Below, one piece after another: positions 53,903 to 62,864 of a stretch of DNA of 64,000 bases. Every line of letters starts with the position of its first letter. Within the stretch, counting starts at the first letter, position 1. The translations under genes and the position numbers were made by a program. The notes under the pieces were generated by a model. It worked only from the letters and a program-made list of their open reading frames with translations. It did not search any database and had not been told where the DNA came from. This DNA is from Ignavibacteriota bacterium (GTDB lineage Bacteria > Bacteroidota > Ignavibacteria > CAWHAG01): contig CAWHAG010000001.1 of NCBI GenBank assembly GCA_963827285.1, positions 51,821 to 115,820 of the forward strand, written 5' to 3'.

Positions 53903-54652
53903 TCATGTCCATTCAATCTGCCACTCCTCTTGAAACCCTCGTTTTATACGTTCAGCTACTTCCTCGAATGTTACCGTGCGTTGGAGAATTTCCGATAAGG
54001 TGATCGTATGATCTGCCAGCGTTTGCCTAAGTTCTTCGCGTTTCGGAGGTTCCCGACTCTCGAAGGAATGGTTGCGGGTTTCAGGATTCAAGAACTCCGC
54101 AAGCCGTTGATGGAAATCCCCAATGAGGATGGAACCATGCTGAAGGATGACGCCGTTGAACCTTCGCTGCGCACTCCCGACCAACTTTCTTCCTCGATAT
54201 TCAATCTCATAACGTGCTGAACTGGAGAAGCAAGGAACTGACGAAGGATTCTTGTAGAGTCTGGGGAAGTCTGGCTGTGATTTCGCCAACTCCGCATCAG
54301 CCCCCAGCAGTCGCAGACCATGCACAAGCGCGCGACTAATGTCACGGTGGGTCTCCAAGATGTTTCTGCCATCTGCAAACATCACCACGCTGTAAGTGAG
54401 TTCCTCCGCATGGAGAATTGCCCGTCCGCCCGTCGGTCGCCTCACGACATCTATTCCTTCACGTCCGCATTTTTCGAGATTGATATCTTCTATCTTCTGA
54501 TTGAACCCGAGCGAAATGCAGTATGGCTTCCACCCAAACACTCGAACTGTAGGCTGTCCGTCTCCAGTCTTCAACTCCGACGCAAGTTCTTCATCGAACC
54601 GCATGTTGAAGGCGCCATCCCGAAATCCCGTATTAAGAAATTGCCAAGTCAT
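53903..54652 (-). CDS. Lipoate/octanoate-protein ligase family protein (BPL_LplA_LipB domain)
   Basis: VVRRPTGGRAILHAEELTYSV and KLVGSAQRR. Confidence 0.75.
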   Translation of the reverse strand: MTWQFLNTGFRDGAFNMRFDEELASELKTGDGQPTVRVFGWKPYCISLGFNQKIEDINLEKCGREGIDVVRRPTGGRAILHAEELTYSVVMFADGRNILETHRDISRALVHGLRLLGADAELAKSQPDFPRLYKNPSSVPCFSSSARYEIEYRGRKLVGSAQRRFNGVILQHGSILIGDFHQRLAEFLNPETRNHSFESREPPKREELRQTLADHTITLSEILQRTVTFEEVAERIKRGFQEEWQIEWT

Positions 54653-54714
54653 GGATCGGTAATCAGAATCATGGAACGCGGCAGGAGTCCCATCCTATCG
54701 TCTAAATATCGGGC

Positions 54715-54773
54715 GGGACAGGAGTCCTGTCCTACCGTGATAAGATCTGGTAGGATCCCGCATGGCGGGATCC
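54715..54773. repeat. Three abutting hairpins related to the 4661-4876 repeat family
   Basis: GGGACAGG-agt-CCTGTCC; CCTACC-N12-GGTAGG; GGATCCCGC-atg-GCGGGATCC. They share the CCTGTCCTACC...GGTAGGA core. Confidence 0.7.
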
Positions 54774-54792
54774 CCGACTGTCCGTCATTGGT

Positions 54793-56067
54793 TTAAGTCT
54801 TCTGTTGTTTCTTCTTCGCTGCTGGGAACAGAACATTGTTTAGAATCAGCCGGTAGCCCGGAGAGCTCTTGTGCAATGACAGATCCGTCGGTGGATCATA
54901 GACCTGATGGGCGTAATCTTCCGGATCGTGACCACCGTAGAAAGTGAATGTTCCTCTACCGTAATTTCCATGCAGGTATTTCACTTGGTCTGTTCCTTCC
55001 TTCTCCGCTAAGATAACAACGCCTGGTTTAACCAAGCTTTTTTTGAATCCCGTTGTTTGTCCCATAAATCCTTTGACAACTGAGACATGGTCTTGCGTCA
55101 ACATAGTTGGGACAGGATCATACTTGGCTGAGAACTCAAACAAAGTGAAGTAATCCGTCTCGGGATTCCAGATAAGTCCCATATCGCTTGGGGGTACGTC
55201 AATGTCGGAGTATTCATACCGCATGGGATTTCGCTCGACGGTGAAATTCTGGAACGCTAAGCATTTCGAGAAATCGAGTTTCTTCTGATAATCAGGATCA
55301 GGAGGATCACCGTCGAACATCAGATCGCAGATGTCTGTGTTCTCAGCCGCAAGTGCAATGTCGTAGCTATCCGTCGCCGAGCACATGGCAAACATGAAAC
55401 CACCGTTAGCGATATACTGTTTGATGTTTCGTGCAACGGCTTTCTTGAGTTCAGAGACTTTCTTGAAACCAAGTTTCTTCGCTTCCCCCTCAAGCAAATT
55501 TTGCTGCGCGATATACCACGCAGTGTTAGCAAAGTCACGATAGAATTTTCCGTACTGCGCTGTGAAGTCTTCATGGTGCAAGTGCAACCAGTCGTAGTTT
55601 TCCAACTTTCCCGCGAGGGCCTCATCGTCCCATACCTTGTCGTATGGTACTTCAGCATATTCCAGCGCAAGCGTGACGGCATCATCCCATGGCTGAAACC
55701 CCGGCGGGACATAGACCGCGATCCTCGGGGCTTTCTCCAAGCGGACTACATCCATATTGTTGTCAGGGCTTTGTAGCTGTGCATAAATTTGCGCGGCTTG
55801 TGCCCCACTGATCGCTTCAAAGGAGACGCCTCTCACTCGACACTCGTTCGCAATCAAATCATTATAGTCCATCATAAATGACCCGCCGCGATAGTTCAAC
55901 AGCCAATCCACGTCAATCCCGTGTTTCAACGTCCAATAGGTTACACCATACGCTTTGAGGTGGTCGGTTTGCTTCAGATCCATCTGAATCAGGATCTTTT
56001 GCTGCGCGTGACTGATTGAGCATATCAGCAACACAAGACTTGTCAATATCAGCAGAAGCTTCTTCAT
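54793..56067 (-). CDS. Secreted protein of unknown function (possible class-I glutamine-amidotransferase-like fold)
   Basis: ATG at 56067 gives the signal peptide MKKLLLILTSLVLLICSISHAQ. The segment GGFMFAMCSATD resembles a nucleophile elbow. The fold is an inference only. Confidence 0.55.
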   Translation of the reverse strand: MKKLLLILTSLVLLICSISHAQQKILIQMDLKQTDHLKAYGVTYWTLKHGIDVDWLLNYRGGSFMMDYNDLIANECRVRGVSFEAISGAQAAQIYAQLQSPDNNMDVVRLEKAPRIAVYVPPGFQPWDDAVTLALEYAEVPYDKVWDDEALAGKLENYDWLHLHHEDFTAQYGKFYRDFANTAWYIAQQNLLEGEAKKLGFKKVSELKKAVARNIKQYIANGGFMFAMCSATDSYDIALAAENTDICDLMFDGDPPDPDYQKKLDFSKCLAFQNFTVERNPMRYEYSDIDVPPSDMGLIWNPETDYFTLFEFSAKYDPVPTMLTQDHVSVVKGFMGQTTGFKKSLVKPGVVILAEKEGTDQVKYLHGNYGRGTFTFYGGHDPEDYAHQVYDPPTDLSLHKSSPGYRLILNNVLFPAAKKKQQKT

Positions 56068-56133
56068 CGTATCTTGGCTTTTCGTCAATTCTTGCAGGTC
56101 GAGCAGTCTGCTCGACCTACGACTGCTTGAATA

Positions 56134-57534
56134 TCAGTTAATTGCATTCTGGAACTCTTGCTCTTCAACCTTACCAAGTGACTCCAGACTCGCTCTCGTC
56201 TCTTTCGCTGGCGTGAGAACTACGACAATAATATCATCATACGGGAGATATTTGTTGGCTATCCGCCTTACATCATCCGACGTGACTGCTTTCAGTTTCT
56301 GAATATAGGTCTGAAGATAATCACCGGGGAATTGATAAAACTCGACATCACTGATTTGTCCCGCTAACGCTTCGGGGGCTTGGAGACCGCGGGAAAAACC
56401 TCCGGCAATGTAATTCTGCGCCTTGAGCAGTTCTTGCTGTGTTGCACCGCCTTCGCGGAATTTCTTCACCTCGTTCAATGCGACATCAATAATCTCTCGC
56501 GCCGTTTGGTTCTTTGTGAAGGTTGAAATCAAGTAGGTTCCTCCTTCCAGATTCGAAGGGAAGGAACTGCTAACGCCATAAGTGAGACTCCGCCTCACGC
56601 GAATTTCCTCCGTCAAGCGAGAAGTGAATCCACCTCCAAGAATCGTATTTGCAACAGTGATGGTGAAGTAATTAGGATTCTTTCTCTCAACGCCGATGTT
56701 TCCAATTCGAACCTGCGTTTGCGTAGCATCCGACTTATTCAAAATACATATCCTGCGACCCTTGAACGCAACAGGTTTATCAATCTTTACCGACTTGGGT
56801 GTCTCTTTCACCCAACTATTGAACATGATCTTGACTTTCGCCAACATCTCCTTTGTGTCAAAGTCGCCGACGACAGTCAGGAGGGATGTATTCGGAAGGA
56901 ACACCTCCTTGTAGAACTTCTCAATGTCATCACGAGTGATCTTCTTTAGCGATGCCACCGTTCCAATGGATTGTCTTCCGTACGGGTGTAAGCCATAGAC
57001 GACCTTGTTAAAGTAGATTGATGCAACCGTCCCCGGATTTTCCTTGTATTGCTCAATTGTTGCAAGCCTCTGTGATCGCTCCCGTTCAATTTCTTCTTGA
57101 GCAAATGCTGGGTGGAGAAGAATATCAGAGAACACGCTGAATCCTTTGTCGAAATCTTTCTTCAACACTTCGCTGATGACAACAAAATAGTCAGATCCCG
57201 TACTTGCACTTAGCGTACCTCCGATGAAATCTATCTCTTCGGAGATCTGCGTCGCTGTTCGGGTAGTCGTTCCCTTACGCAACAGACCGGCGGTGAGGCT
57301 TGCCAATCCATCATATCCTGTGGGATCGTACGAAGTCCCGCCTTTCGTGGTCATCCGCAGTTCGATGAGCGGCAGTTTATGATATTCCATCAGAAGTACC
57401 GTCAGACCATTATCCAACACTTCCTTCTTGTGATGTGGGATCTCCATTTTCTGTGCGTTGAGAGAGGCGACTCCAACGATGGAGAGAGCAAGTGTCAGGG
57501 AAATAGCGGTGAGAACAGTGTGTGCATATTTCAT
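56134..57534 (-). CDS. M16-family peptidase, non-catalytic-type subunit (no HxxEH motif)
   Basis: ATG at 57534 gives a signal peptide. The sequence shows M16 N- and C-domain architecture and pairs with the upstream M16 gene. Confidence 0.8.
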   Translation of the reverse strand: MKYAHTVLTAISLTLALSIVGVASLNAQKMEIPHHKKEVLDNGLTVLLMEYHKLPLIELRMTTKGGTSYDPTGYDGLASLTAGLLRKGTTTRTATQISEEIDFIGGTLSASTGSDYFVVISEVLKKDFDKGFSVFSDILLHPAFAQEEIERERSQRLATIEQYKENPGTVASIYFNKVVYGLHPYGRQSIGTVASLKKITRDDIEKFYKEVFLPNTSLLTVVGDFDTKEMLAKVKIMFNSWVKETPKSVKIDKPVAFKGRRICILNKSDATQTQVRIGNIGVERKNPNYFTITVANTILGGGFTSRLTEEIRVRRSLTYGVSSSFPSNLEGGTYLISTFTKNQTAREIIDVALNEVKKFREGGATQQELLKAQNYIAGGFSRGLQAPEALAGQISDVEFYQFPGDYLQTYIQKLKAVTSDDVRRIANKYLPYDDIIVVVLTPAKETRASLESLGKVEEQEFQNAIN

Positions 57535-57609
57535 GTCTTTGACTCCGAGATATTGAATGCATGATTGCAAGCTCAAACGTACAACAGCCGCATCATCAAT
57601 TTCTTTCAC

Positions 57610-58956
57610 TTATTTTGTGGATGAAGTTGCCGTTTCCGACTTTTCGGGTATCAGAGTTACCACAGTGCGATGTCTATCGGTGAAATACTTCTTCGCCACA
57701 CGTTGAATATCTTCCTTGGTCACTACATCATAATTTTTCACAACATCGAATGCTTTCTTGTAATCGCCGTGAATCACCTCATAGTATCCAAGAACGAATC
57801 CTCGCCCTTGATTGGTTTTGAATTGGCGAACATAGTCCGCCTGGACTGTGTTCTTCGCCTTCTGCAACTCCTCGTCAGCGACACCAGACTTCTTGATGTC
57901 CTCCAAAATGTTGTAGATTTCCTTCTCAGCCTTTGCAGTGGTTTTGCCCGGTTTCATCTGCGCATAGAACGTGAAAAGCCCCGCGTCAATGCGGTCATCC
58001 ATCGAAGCATACACTTGTGAAGCAAGTTGCTTCTCATACACGAGCGTTTTATACAAGCGTGAACTTTGACCTCGTGAGAGAATAGTTGATAGAACATCCA
58101 AGGGATAATAATCGCTGTCGCTCACAGGAACAGATTTGTATCCGATCGTCACTGCCGGCAGTTGCGCGATCTTGTGAAGCTCTGCTCGCCTTTCGCCGAG
58201 TTGCTCTGGTTCAGCATCAACTACCTTTCGAGGCGTTTCCTGTGCAGGAATGTTGCCGAAGTAGGACTCCATCTTGCGAATCATCTCATTCGTATCAAAA
58301 TTGCCGGTGATGATCACGGTCGCGTTGTTCGGCGCGTAATAGATGCGGAAATAATCTTTTGCATCTTGGAGCGTGATGTTGTCCAAATCGCGCATCCACC
58401 CTACGACAGGGAAGTGATACATGCTGGCGGTGAACGCCGTTGCATACAATTCCTCCTCCATCTTGCTTCGCACATTGTTATCCACACCCACTCTGCGCTC
58501 CTCTTTGACGATGCCCCGCTCCTGTTCGATGTTGGCAGTGTCAAGTTTAAGTGCTTGCATCCGATCTGATTCGAGGTCCAACACCTTGTCGAGGATATCA
58601 GGATTGAATTCCTCCCAGTAGTTGGTCAGGTCATTCCAGGTACTGGCGTTGGAATAGCCGCCACCTTCCTCGATGATGTGGTCGAACTCCGTCGGCTTGT
58701 ATTTGGCTGAGCCGTTGAACATCATGTGCTCAAACAAATGGGAAATGCCTGTGATGCCAGGTCGCTCATTTCGATTTCCGACTCGGAAATAAATATAGAA
58801 GCAGATGCTTGGGACAGTATGATCTTCTTGGAGCAATATCATCATCCCGTTCTTGAGCATGTGTTCCTTCACCTCAAGCTGCTGTGCCGCAAGATATGAC
58901 GGCGCTATCAGGACAAGTGCTAAGGTGAACATGACGACTATCAAGAGTTTTCGCAT
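57610..58956 (-). CDS. M16-family zinc peptidase (pitrilysin-like), catalytic-type
   Basis: GGAGG upstream of the ATG at 58956, signal peptide, and the HxxEH motif in GISHLFEHMMFNGS. Confidence 0.85.
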   Translation of the reverse strand: MRKLLIVVMFTLALVLIAPSYLAAQQLEVKEHMLKNGMMILLQEDHTVPSICFYIYFRVGNRNERPGITGISHLFEHMMFNGSAKYKPTEFDHIIEEGGGYSNASTWNDLTNYWEEFNPDILDKVLDLESDRMQALKLDTANIEQERGIVKEERRVGVDNNVRSKMEEELYATAFTASMYHFPVVGWMRDLDNITLQDAKDYFRIYYAPNNATVIITGNFDTNEMIRKMESYFGNIPAQETPRKVVDAEPEQLGERRAELHKIAQLPAVTIGYKSVPVSDSDYYPLDVLSTILSRGQSSRLYKTLVYEKQLASQVYASMDDRIDAGLFTFYAQMKPGKTTAKAEKEIYNILEDIKKSGVADEELQKAKNTVQADYVRQFKTNQGRGFVLGYYEVIHGDYKKAFDVVKNYDVVTKEDIQRVAKKYFTDRHRTVVTLIPEKSETATSSTK

Positions 58957-59040
58957 TGTGTGCCTCCAAATATAGTTTGATATGTTGCTACGATTCAGGA
59001 TGCTATGTGTGAAGATTCGCTTGCAGGTCGCTCCAAGTGT

Positions 59041-59118
59041 CGAATGACAAATTACGAATGTCGAATGTGCACAAGCCTGCGCGCAGTTTGAGATTCGCAA
59101 TTCGGCATTCGCAATTCG
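59041..59118. repeat. Inverted pair of heptanucleotide arrays: (CGAATGN)x4 at 59041-59068 and (NNATTCG)x4 at 59091-59118, flanking a CTGCGCGCAG palindrome
   Basis: cgaatga caaatta cgaatgt cgaatgt - gcacaagcctgcgcgcagtttg - agattcg caattcg gcattcg caattcg. Confidence 0.65.
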
Positions 59119-59137
59119 ACATTATAACCGTTTCCGC

Positions 59138-61742
59138 TTAAAACTCGAACCTTATCCCGACACGTACCCTACGAGGGTCGTAATAGGCACTTGGGTCCGA
59201 GAGTTCTCCACCAACCCGTCCGTTCGAAATCTACCCATTTTACATTCTTTGTATTGAGGAGATTGCGAACATCAGCATACAGCGTTACCACATAACGATT
59301 TGCTTCGCCAAACTCAAACCGCCTAGTGAGTTTGGCATTTACAAAAATGACATCTTCCATTCGTGCGTTGTTGGGAACAAATACTTTTGTCGTGTCAACC
59401 GGTTTGAATCCGTCGCGTGTAGGATAATAGGTATACGGTCGTGGGGAATTATACAGCACCACAAGATCTGTCTGGATTCCCCAGAAAAGTTTGAACTCGG
59501 CGTCAGCTTTGATTGTGTGCCGTTGGTCCCAACTGAGGGGAAACGGTTTTGCCGCCAGTGGAAATCCCCACTGCGCATAGTTAATCTCTTGATTGACATA
59601 TTCACTGACGCCTTCCGCTACCATGTAGGTATAGGAAATACTGCCGGAAAGCCGCTCATCCTGCTCTCGACTGAGCACAAGTTCCAATCCGCTGACATTT
59701 GCTTCAGCATTATTGACGTACTGTGCGAACCCATAATCGCCTGCTGCTTTGCTGTCAAAGGGAACCAACGTTTTCGAATCAATTTGATTTTTGATTCCTT
59801 TTTGAAAATAAGTTGCGGAAAAAACAAAATTATCCGTGAGGCTGTGCTTGTATCCTATTTCCCACGCTATCGTTCGCTCCGGCTCCAAATCCGGATTTCC
59901 AGTCAACACGTTTTTCGTGCCTGCCCGCAGTTGTGCCGGTGTGATACCGGAGTAGAGATAGTCAAACAGCGGGAATTGGAAATAGAAACCGAAGTTGACA
60001 AAGAAAAAACTGGTCGTGCTCACTGGCGCAGCAAATGCAACACGCGGGCTGAGCTGATGCTTGAATGTTGCTTTGGTTTTGCCAGTCACTTGCTGCTTGA
60101 ATTCGTTCGGATTCACGGGGATATATTCAACAATTGGTCGTTCTGCCGTTGGGTCCAGAAAGTCCCACCTAATCCCAACGCTCATATTGTAGCCCTGCTG
60201 AGCGACTTCCAGTTCGATCTTGTCTTGTAGATAAACGCTTCCAGAACGGGGATAATACTTATAGCTATTGCTATAATTTAGGAGGGGAGCATCCAAAAGT
60301 GGTTTTCCAAAATATGTGGTTTGTGGTTCGTATTTAATAAGTTCCGAACCAATGTCATATTGATTCAACTCGACACCAAACTTGATAATGTGCATTTTTG
60401 CCACTTGTGTGGTGAAGTCCCCTTTGAGTGTGTAAATGACTTGTCGTGTATCAGCCCACCAGTTTCTTTTCCCCCCAACGATATACCGAAGAAAGAAATC
60501 ATACTCATACGGTTCCAGTGCGAATTCGTCCGGTGGGCCCTCACCAATCCGAGAACGGAGAAAGAAGCGGCTTAGACTGATTGTATAGAATGAATTTTGT
60601 GAGAGTGTATGTGAGAGTATCGCAGCAATGCGATAGGAGTCTCGTGACCGGGGAGGTAAGCCAGCCAAATTAAACCGCCAACTAAATTCATAATCATGCC
60701 AATCGCGTAGTGAATAGATACCTTGCAATCCCACTTTCAACGTGGGGGAGAAAAGATATTCAATTTTGCCGAAGCCAGTGAATTCACGTAAAACCGGTGA
60801 TAAGGAGGGAAAATATTGAAAATCCTGCCACCAGCGCGTATCACTTGCAATGACGCTGTTCGCGGTGAAGTACTGAAGTTGGTTCTCCACAACAGGCCCC
60901 CCGGCCGAGAACTCTAACTGTACAGCGCGGTCCTGCTGTTTGTTCAAGCTCGTAGGTAACCAACTGTCCTCCTCAAGGCGTGCTGAAAATGTATGCTTGT
61001 CACCACCACCCTTTGTGATAACATTGACCATGCCTGAGAGTGCGTTACCGTATTCCGCTTCAAAACCACCAGTGTACATTGTGAGACCCGTAATGGAACT
61101 CCTTGGAAGATTCGTGCCCAATCCACCACCAATGACATCCTGAACCGGCAAGCCGTCAACCAGATATATCACTTCATTTGTCTTGCCGCCGCGAACGTTC
61201 CCATCGAGTGTGGTTCCCGGTTGAAGTGTCAATACCTCTTGAAATGTGGAAACAGGAAGTTTCTCAAGTTTGACATCGCCAATTGAGTACGCGGTCGCGG
61301 GCAGGTCTGTCTGAATCAACGGGCGCTGAGCGTGAGATTCGACCACACCCAATTCCACTGCCGAAGGCTCCAGATCAACATCAAGCCGAGTGCGAAGATC
61401 GGGAAGAATCGTTACCTCCTTCATGATAAGAGTCTTGAAGCCAACCATGCTGAACCGCACATCATAGACACCCGCGCGAAGATTGCCAATGCGAAAATAC
61501 CCCTCTGTATCCGTTGCTGCACCGCAAGTCGTTCCCACAACAAGAATATTGACACCGACAAGTGACTCGTGTGTTTGTTTATCACGCACCTTACCTTCAA
61601 GGATCCCCGTTGTTCCTACCCAAGCGGCATCTACCGCGGTATGTTCCAAAAGGGCAAGAGCAACGATGGCTCCCAAAACAGTAAGCCAACCCTTCCAAAT
61701 GGGCGTTTGCTTTCTCCTGCCTTGTAACTTTCCGACGGTCAT
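59138..61742 (-). CDS. TonB-dependent-receptor-like outer-membrane barrel with an N-terminal carboxypeptidase-regulatory-like domain; 3'-terminal frameshift
   Basis: ATG at 61742 (MTVGKLQGRRK... then a signal/TM segment). GILEGKVRDKQTHESLVGVNILVVGT...TDTEGYFRIGNL is CarboxypepD_reg-like. The plug-like segment is VIYLVDGLPVQD. The annotated frame ends ...TGWWRTLGPKCLLRPS*, while the +1 frame gives VGGELSDPSAYYDPRRVRVGIRFEF* with a stop at 59138-59140. Confidence 0.75.
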
Positions 61743-62015
61743 AACCTTCCGCCGCGCAACATCCTTACAGATTTGTAACACTACCACATGCGCTTGACGT
61801 ACACTTGAGAGAGTGAAATAATGCTTGCTAAGCACGTTCATATTCTTTTCTCCTCCTCTCGTCTTAAGAACCCTTGTCGTTGCACCAAACCCAATCTCTG
61901 GCAGGGTTAATTCCTTGAGACCTGCACCAAAAGTCCATCTTTCCAAATCATATCCGTGGAAATCCGCGAGAACCTGTGGTTGATTTCTTTCACCCGAGAC
62001 TTATCGTCCATGTCT

Positions 62016-62708
62016 CTAGGGGTGCGGTTGGGGGTAGATACAGGAATAATCTGGATTGATCCACGGGCAGCCCGTTACGGGCACCCATCTGTCAACACGG
62101 CAGAACGTAAATGTTGTGAGGCCAAACCATACTGACGCAACTTGACTAAACACCGTGAGTTCACCTCTAAGCATAAACGTTTGTTCACGCGCAATCATCC
62201 GACCAGACTTGCAGGTAGTATCTGGAAGATAAATGAAAAATTCAGAAGAACTCGAAATCAGATTCACTCCATTGTCAGCTACCAGATCCCAAGAATACTC
62301 TAAACACAGAGAGTCACCAGGATCAAGTGTTAAGACGCCGGTGGTGCGGTTGTAGTTGCGCGCATACACTAAATTCGAAGCGTTAATGATTACAGTCTTC
62401 CGAATATTCATATCTTTTGACCAAATGATTTCAATCCTACCCTGGAGCACAGCCGTGGACTGAACGGTTTCATCATAGAGGTTCCTCACCGCTGCATATA
62501 CCTTGATGCAGTTTTCATTCTGTGTGAGAACATACTTCCCCCAAATCTTCCCCTCAAAGATATCCTCTGGACTTCTGTACGGGGGCAGTGACTCGGAACA
62601 CGAAATTCCTGTGATTCCAAGAGCAGCGAGAATCAACAACATGGAAAGGAAGTTCTTGGTGAAATGTCCAGTAGCGAAGGACTCTTCTCTGACGTTATAC
62701 AATCTCAT
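62016..62708 (-). CDS. Hypothetical lipoprotein
   Basis: GGAGG 5 nt upstream of the ATG at 62708. Lipobox ITGISC. I recognise no family. Confidence 0.55.
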   Translation of the reverse strand: MRLYNVREESFATGHFTKNFLSMLLILAALGITGISCSESLPPYRSPEDIFEGKIWGKYVLTQNENCIKVYAAVRNLYDETVQSTAVLQGRIEIIWSKDMNIRKTVIINASNLVYARNYNRTTGVLTLDPGDSLCLEYSWDLVADNGVNLISSSSEFFIYLPDTTCKSGRMIAREQTFMLRGELTVFSQVASVWFGLTTFTFCRVDRWVPVTGCPWINPDYSCIYPQPHP

Positions 62709-62773
62709 TTGGGCCTCCAACATGAACTATATGGTATGACTCCATCCTGCTTTGGCAACTTATCGTAATGAGC

Positions 62774-62864
62774 AAGTAAGAGCGATTCACGAATCGCCCC
62801 TACGTTCAAATATAAGAGACTATTTTGACATTCTCAAGTAAGGGCGATTCTGAATAGCCCCTAC
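62774..62864. repeat. Two direct copies (62774-62803, 62835-62864) of the CAAGTAAGRGCGATTC..GAATMGCCCCTAC hairpin element
   Basis: Same arm sequence as the 50641-50672 palindrome. The arms pair fully only in the minus-strand RNA, through G-U pairs. Confidence 0.6.

Noticed and set aside
59517-60230. 237-aa plus-strand ORF
   Set aside because: It lies wholly inside, and antisense to, the TonB-dependent-receptor gene.
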